From: Azolla caroliniana
Lineage: Eukaryota; Plantae; Polypodiophyta
Assembly: GCA_043228905.1 (NCBI GenBank)
Contig: JBHGNT010000010.1
Coordinates: forward strand, 18,538,001-18,602,000
Direction: 5' to 3'
DNA length: 64,000 nt
Shown here: positions 61,174-64,000 of the stretch, piece after piece
Position numbering within the stretch: the first letter of the stretch is position 1
Layout: the number at the start of each line of letters is the position of its first letter
The notes under the pieces: generated by a model
The model's input: the letters and a program-made list of their open reading frames with translations, nothing else
The model's database searches: none
What the model was told of the DNA's origin: nothing
Program-made: the position numbers and the translations under genes

Positions 61174-61780
61174 ACGGGATGTCTAGACAACTGAAAGTCG
61201 AAATCCATATACTTTTTCCTATTCGAGCATGGAGCTATCTTCTAGAGTTTGAAACTTCAGGAGTGTACGACTACTTCTAAGACCAAAACCGAATACCTAG
61301 CTGCATCTAAGGAAGCACTTTGGCTCGAACGACTAGCCTACATGTTTTGACAAGCTGATCTGGATATCATTAGCGATAGTCTGGGATATTGTGGCTTTAG
61401 GGAAGAATCTGGTGCACCACAATCATGCCTCAAAGTATGTCGAAGTTCAATACCACTTCGTTCGGGATTGCGTGACTAAGGGAAAGCTTAGCCTGGAGAA
61501 AGTTGCCACGGCTAACAATGTTGTATATCATCCTCTTGTTGTATCTGTAGCTCGTTCCTTGTTTCTCCTTTTTTGCATATTCCTTAGAATACGCCCATTA
61601 CGGGAGAGTGTCAAATACGGTCACATAATGGCTATATTCACACTATCCATTTGGATAGACCATATTTGTAATAATCAGGAGGGCATTTGCCCTAGCTTGC
61701 ATTAGCATATAACCAAGCTTGTATTGTCTATTTTGAATTGCCCATTCTTGAAATATACAGTGTATATTGTGGTGCCAATT

Positions 61781-61840
<60 letters not shown>

Positions 61841-61951
61841 AGAACTATTGTTCTCTTTGCTCTCATACACATTTGTTGTCTATTAGCAAATACACAATCA
61901 TGCGTACATTGTTGCAACACACGTTTACCTATTGACGACCTTCTCCCAACA
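61174..61951 (+). mobile_element. Copia-5: RNase H remnant and 3' LTR (61609-61951), relative of Copia-1/2/3
   Basis: KLQECTT..KEALWL..SKYVEVQYHFVRD; PPT CGCCCATTACGGGAGAG; LTR TGTC..CAACA with (CT)n. Confidence 0.82.
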
Positions 61952-61964
61952 CTCGTTAATATTT

Positions 61965-62120
61965 AACTCTCAATACACCCGTATTGGCATATGAGATATT
62001 CTAGGAGGAACTTGCATATCACCACCAATATAGTTTTGTTTTTTAGGGCTCTTCCTTTCACCTAGTTCATGAGGTCCTCTCTTGCAAGCACCAAATATTT
62101 CATTTGCCCCACTCCAACAA
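61965..62120 (-). pseudogene. Ancient integrase fragment of the Trp-primed group
   Basis: Translates GVGQMKYLVLAREDLMN*VKGRALKNKT..CKFLLEYLICQYGC, matching GVGQMQYLMLAREDLTNQVEGRSLQNKT..CRFLIEDVVCRYGC. Confidence 0.75.
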
Positions 62121-62589
62121 CATATCAATTAGTCGAACAAAGGACAATGTTCTCCTCCGCCAAGAGGTTGAGAGTGACTTCCTTCATCAATTAGTCGAAC
62201 AAAGGACAATGTTATTGTGGAGAAATATTTTTTTCTAGGGCAAGTGGGGTACCCATAGACTCTAAGGATTCCAAGAACTACTCTACCAAGTGTTCAAAAA
62301 CGTTGTTATAATTGACATTAACATCATGCATTTGGGAAACAATCTCATTATGTTTTGTAATGATATCTAGATGAGGACAATTTTCCAATCGCAAGGAATT
62401 TGTATGACTTGAAGAAGGAGATGTCATGATAATACGACTAGACTTACTCTCAACATCAATTTGATTCACAGGATCAACCGAACACATTACGTTGGCAAGT
62501 CGTTCCTCAAGTATTACCTATCATTACATGTTGGCTAAATAAATATAACTACATTCTAGAATAGGGTTTAGGTAATTCACTATTGTGCA

Positions 62590-63690
62590 TTGTCACCCAA
62601 CTAATTAGCAACTTGATGTTCAAACCAAGCCATTACATGTTATCATTGAGCTAAATCGGCCTTGTCTCTAAGTTAGCTTCTCTAAGTTAGCTACTAGAAG
62701 TTGTCGCTTAGCTAATTTTTTGTTCAAGGTTGTCGCTTGGGTAATTTGTCACTAGATGATATCATCGAGTTAAATTAGCCTAACCTATTTAGCTATTCGA
62801 AGTTATCACTTGGCTAATTAGCTACTAAAGGTTAACGTTTAGCTAATTAGTTACTAGATGCTATTATGCACTAAATCAATCTAATTTAATTAGCTATTAG
62901 TAGTGATCACTTAGTTAATTTACAACCTGAGTTTCTTACTTCAGTAATTAGTTATTAGATGTTATCATTGAACTAAATCACTAACTAAGCCAGCCTTAGT
63001 TAATTAGCTATTGGGGGTTACCATCTAGCTAATTAGCTACTAAATGTTTTTATCGAGGTAAATTAGCCTTATTCGATGAACTACCATAAATGATCACTTA
63101 GCTAATTGGCTAGTATATGTTATCATGGAGCTAAATCAACCTTAGCTAATGAGCCATTAGAGGTTATCTTTCAGCTAATTAGTCAATAGATGTTATTATG
63201 AGCTAAAGTAGACTTAGCTGATTAGCTATTAAATGTGATCACTAAGCTAGTTAGCTACTAGATGTTATTATCGAGCTAAATCAACCTTATCTAATTAGCT
63301 AATTGAACTTATCACTTAGCTATCTAGCTACTAGAGATTGTGACTTTTGTAATTAGCTACTATATATTATCATTTACGTTTGAGTTCGCTAATTAGCTAT
63401 TGGATATTATCATTTACATTTGAGTTCGCTAATTAGCTATTGGATATTATCACATGCTTATTAGCTACTAGATGTCATTAGCAAGAAAATTAGCTACTGG
63501 ATGGGCACACTTAGTTAATTAACTATTAGATGTTATCCCCAAGCTAAACTCAACCTTAGCTATTTAGCATCTGCAAATTGTCACACAACTGATTAGCTAC
63601 TTACTAATGAGCATTATCTCTTAGCAAATTAGCTTTATCACTAACCTAATTACTTGCTTGAGGTGTTCACTTAGCGATTTGGAATTACTT
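62590..63690. repeat. Degenerate AT-rich tandem repeat built on the palindrome AGCTAATTAGCT
   Basis: Recurring (G)CTAATTAGCTA and GATGTTATCATYGAGCTAAATC motifs; ~29- and ~43-bp subunits giving ~72-bp spacing at 63117/63189/63261. Confidence 0.8.
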
Positions 63691-64000
63691 GAATAAAAAA
63701 TACATATGTAAAGCTAAAAATTAAATAGTTACATTAGATGGAGAACTTACCTATTGCTTTAATCCAACCTTTTGAGGATTTTTGTGGAGCAGGACCCCAC
63801 ACATGTGTTGGCATGGTAGAGGTGCACCAACATCTTCATTCCCTCTTCAATTGTTAGCCCACATGCAATGCATGTGGACTTCACATTCAATGATGAGCTA
63901 CTGGTTTTAATTTACACCTACATTAACCCATGTATGTTTTGCATATCTTATTCTAAAATTTGAATGATCATATTTTTAACTTTACTCATAATCTTAAATC

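Noticed and set aside
62124-62213. 28-bp direct repeat ATCAATTAGTCGAACAAAGGACAATGTT as a mini-element
   Set aside because: No termini or TSD logic; most likely a local repair duplication.

Overview
This window is plant nuclear repeat-rich DNA made almost entirely of nested LTR retrotransposons; I can see no host gene. The element mix (Trp-primed Gypsy elements with fungal-like Pol, moss/fern-type Copia) suggests a non-seed land plant, but that is inference. Matching LTR termini, target-site duplications (TSDs) and reading frames that re-join gives this nest. An old Athila-like Gypsy B (20693-~46330) hosts four insertions: (1) a decayed Copia-3, into which Gypsy A (<1-18847) inserted, itself carrying Copia-1 (219-4832), a solo LTR (11608-12311) and a young intact Copia-2 (12591-17946); (2) a Trp-primed gag-only element (21426-24539); (3) an Asp-primed element C (25519-44533) holding a chromovirus, two nested solo LTRs and another Trp-primed element; (4) a solo LTR (44896-45640). 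Further right are a LINE fragment, a Copia remnant, a near-intact Trp-primed Gypsy (51892-58990), more remnants and a palindrome-rich degenerate tandem repeat. The most unusual signals are: a sense-strand tRNA-Arg 3'-half mimic ending in CCA where the polypurine tract should be in two related elements; 4-bp TSDs centred on CpG for the Trp-primed group; antisense tRNA-like (A/B-box) cassettes in three LTRs; a probable -1 frameshift pseudoknot after the protease; and a Gag-PR-PR element with no RT. All alignments were done by eye, and tRNA and family comparisons are from memory rather than database searches.
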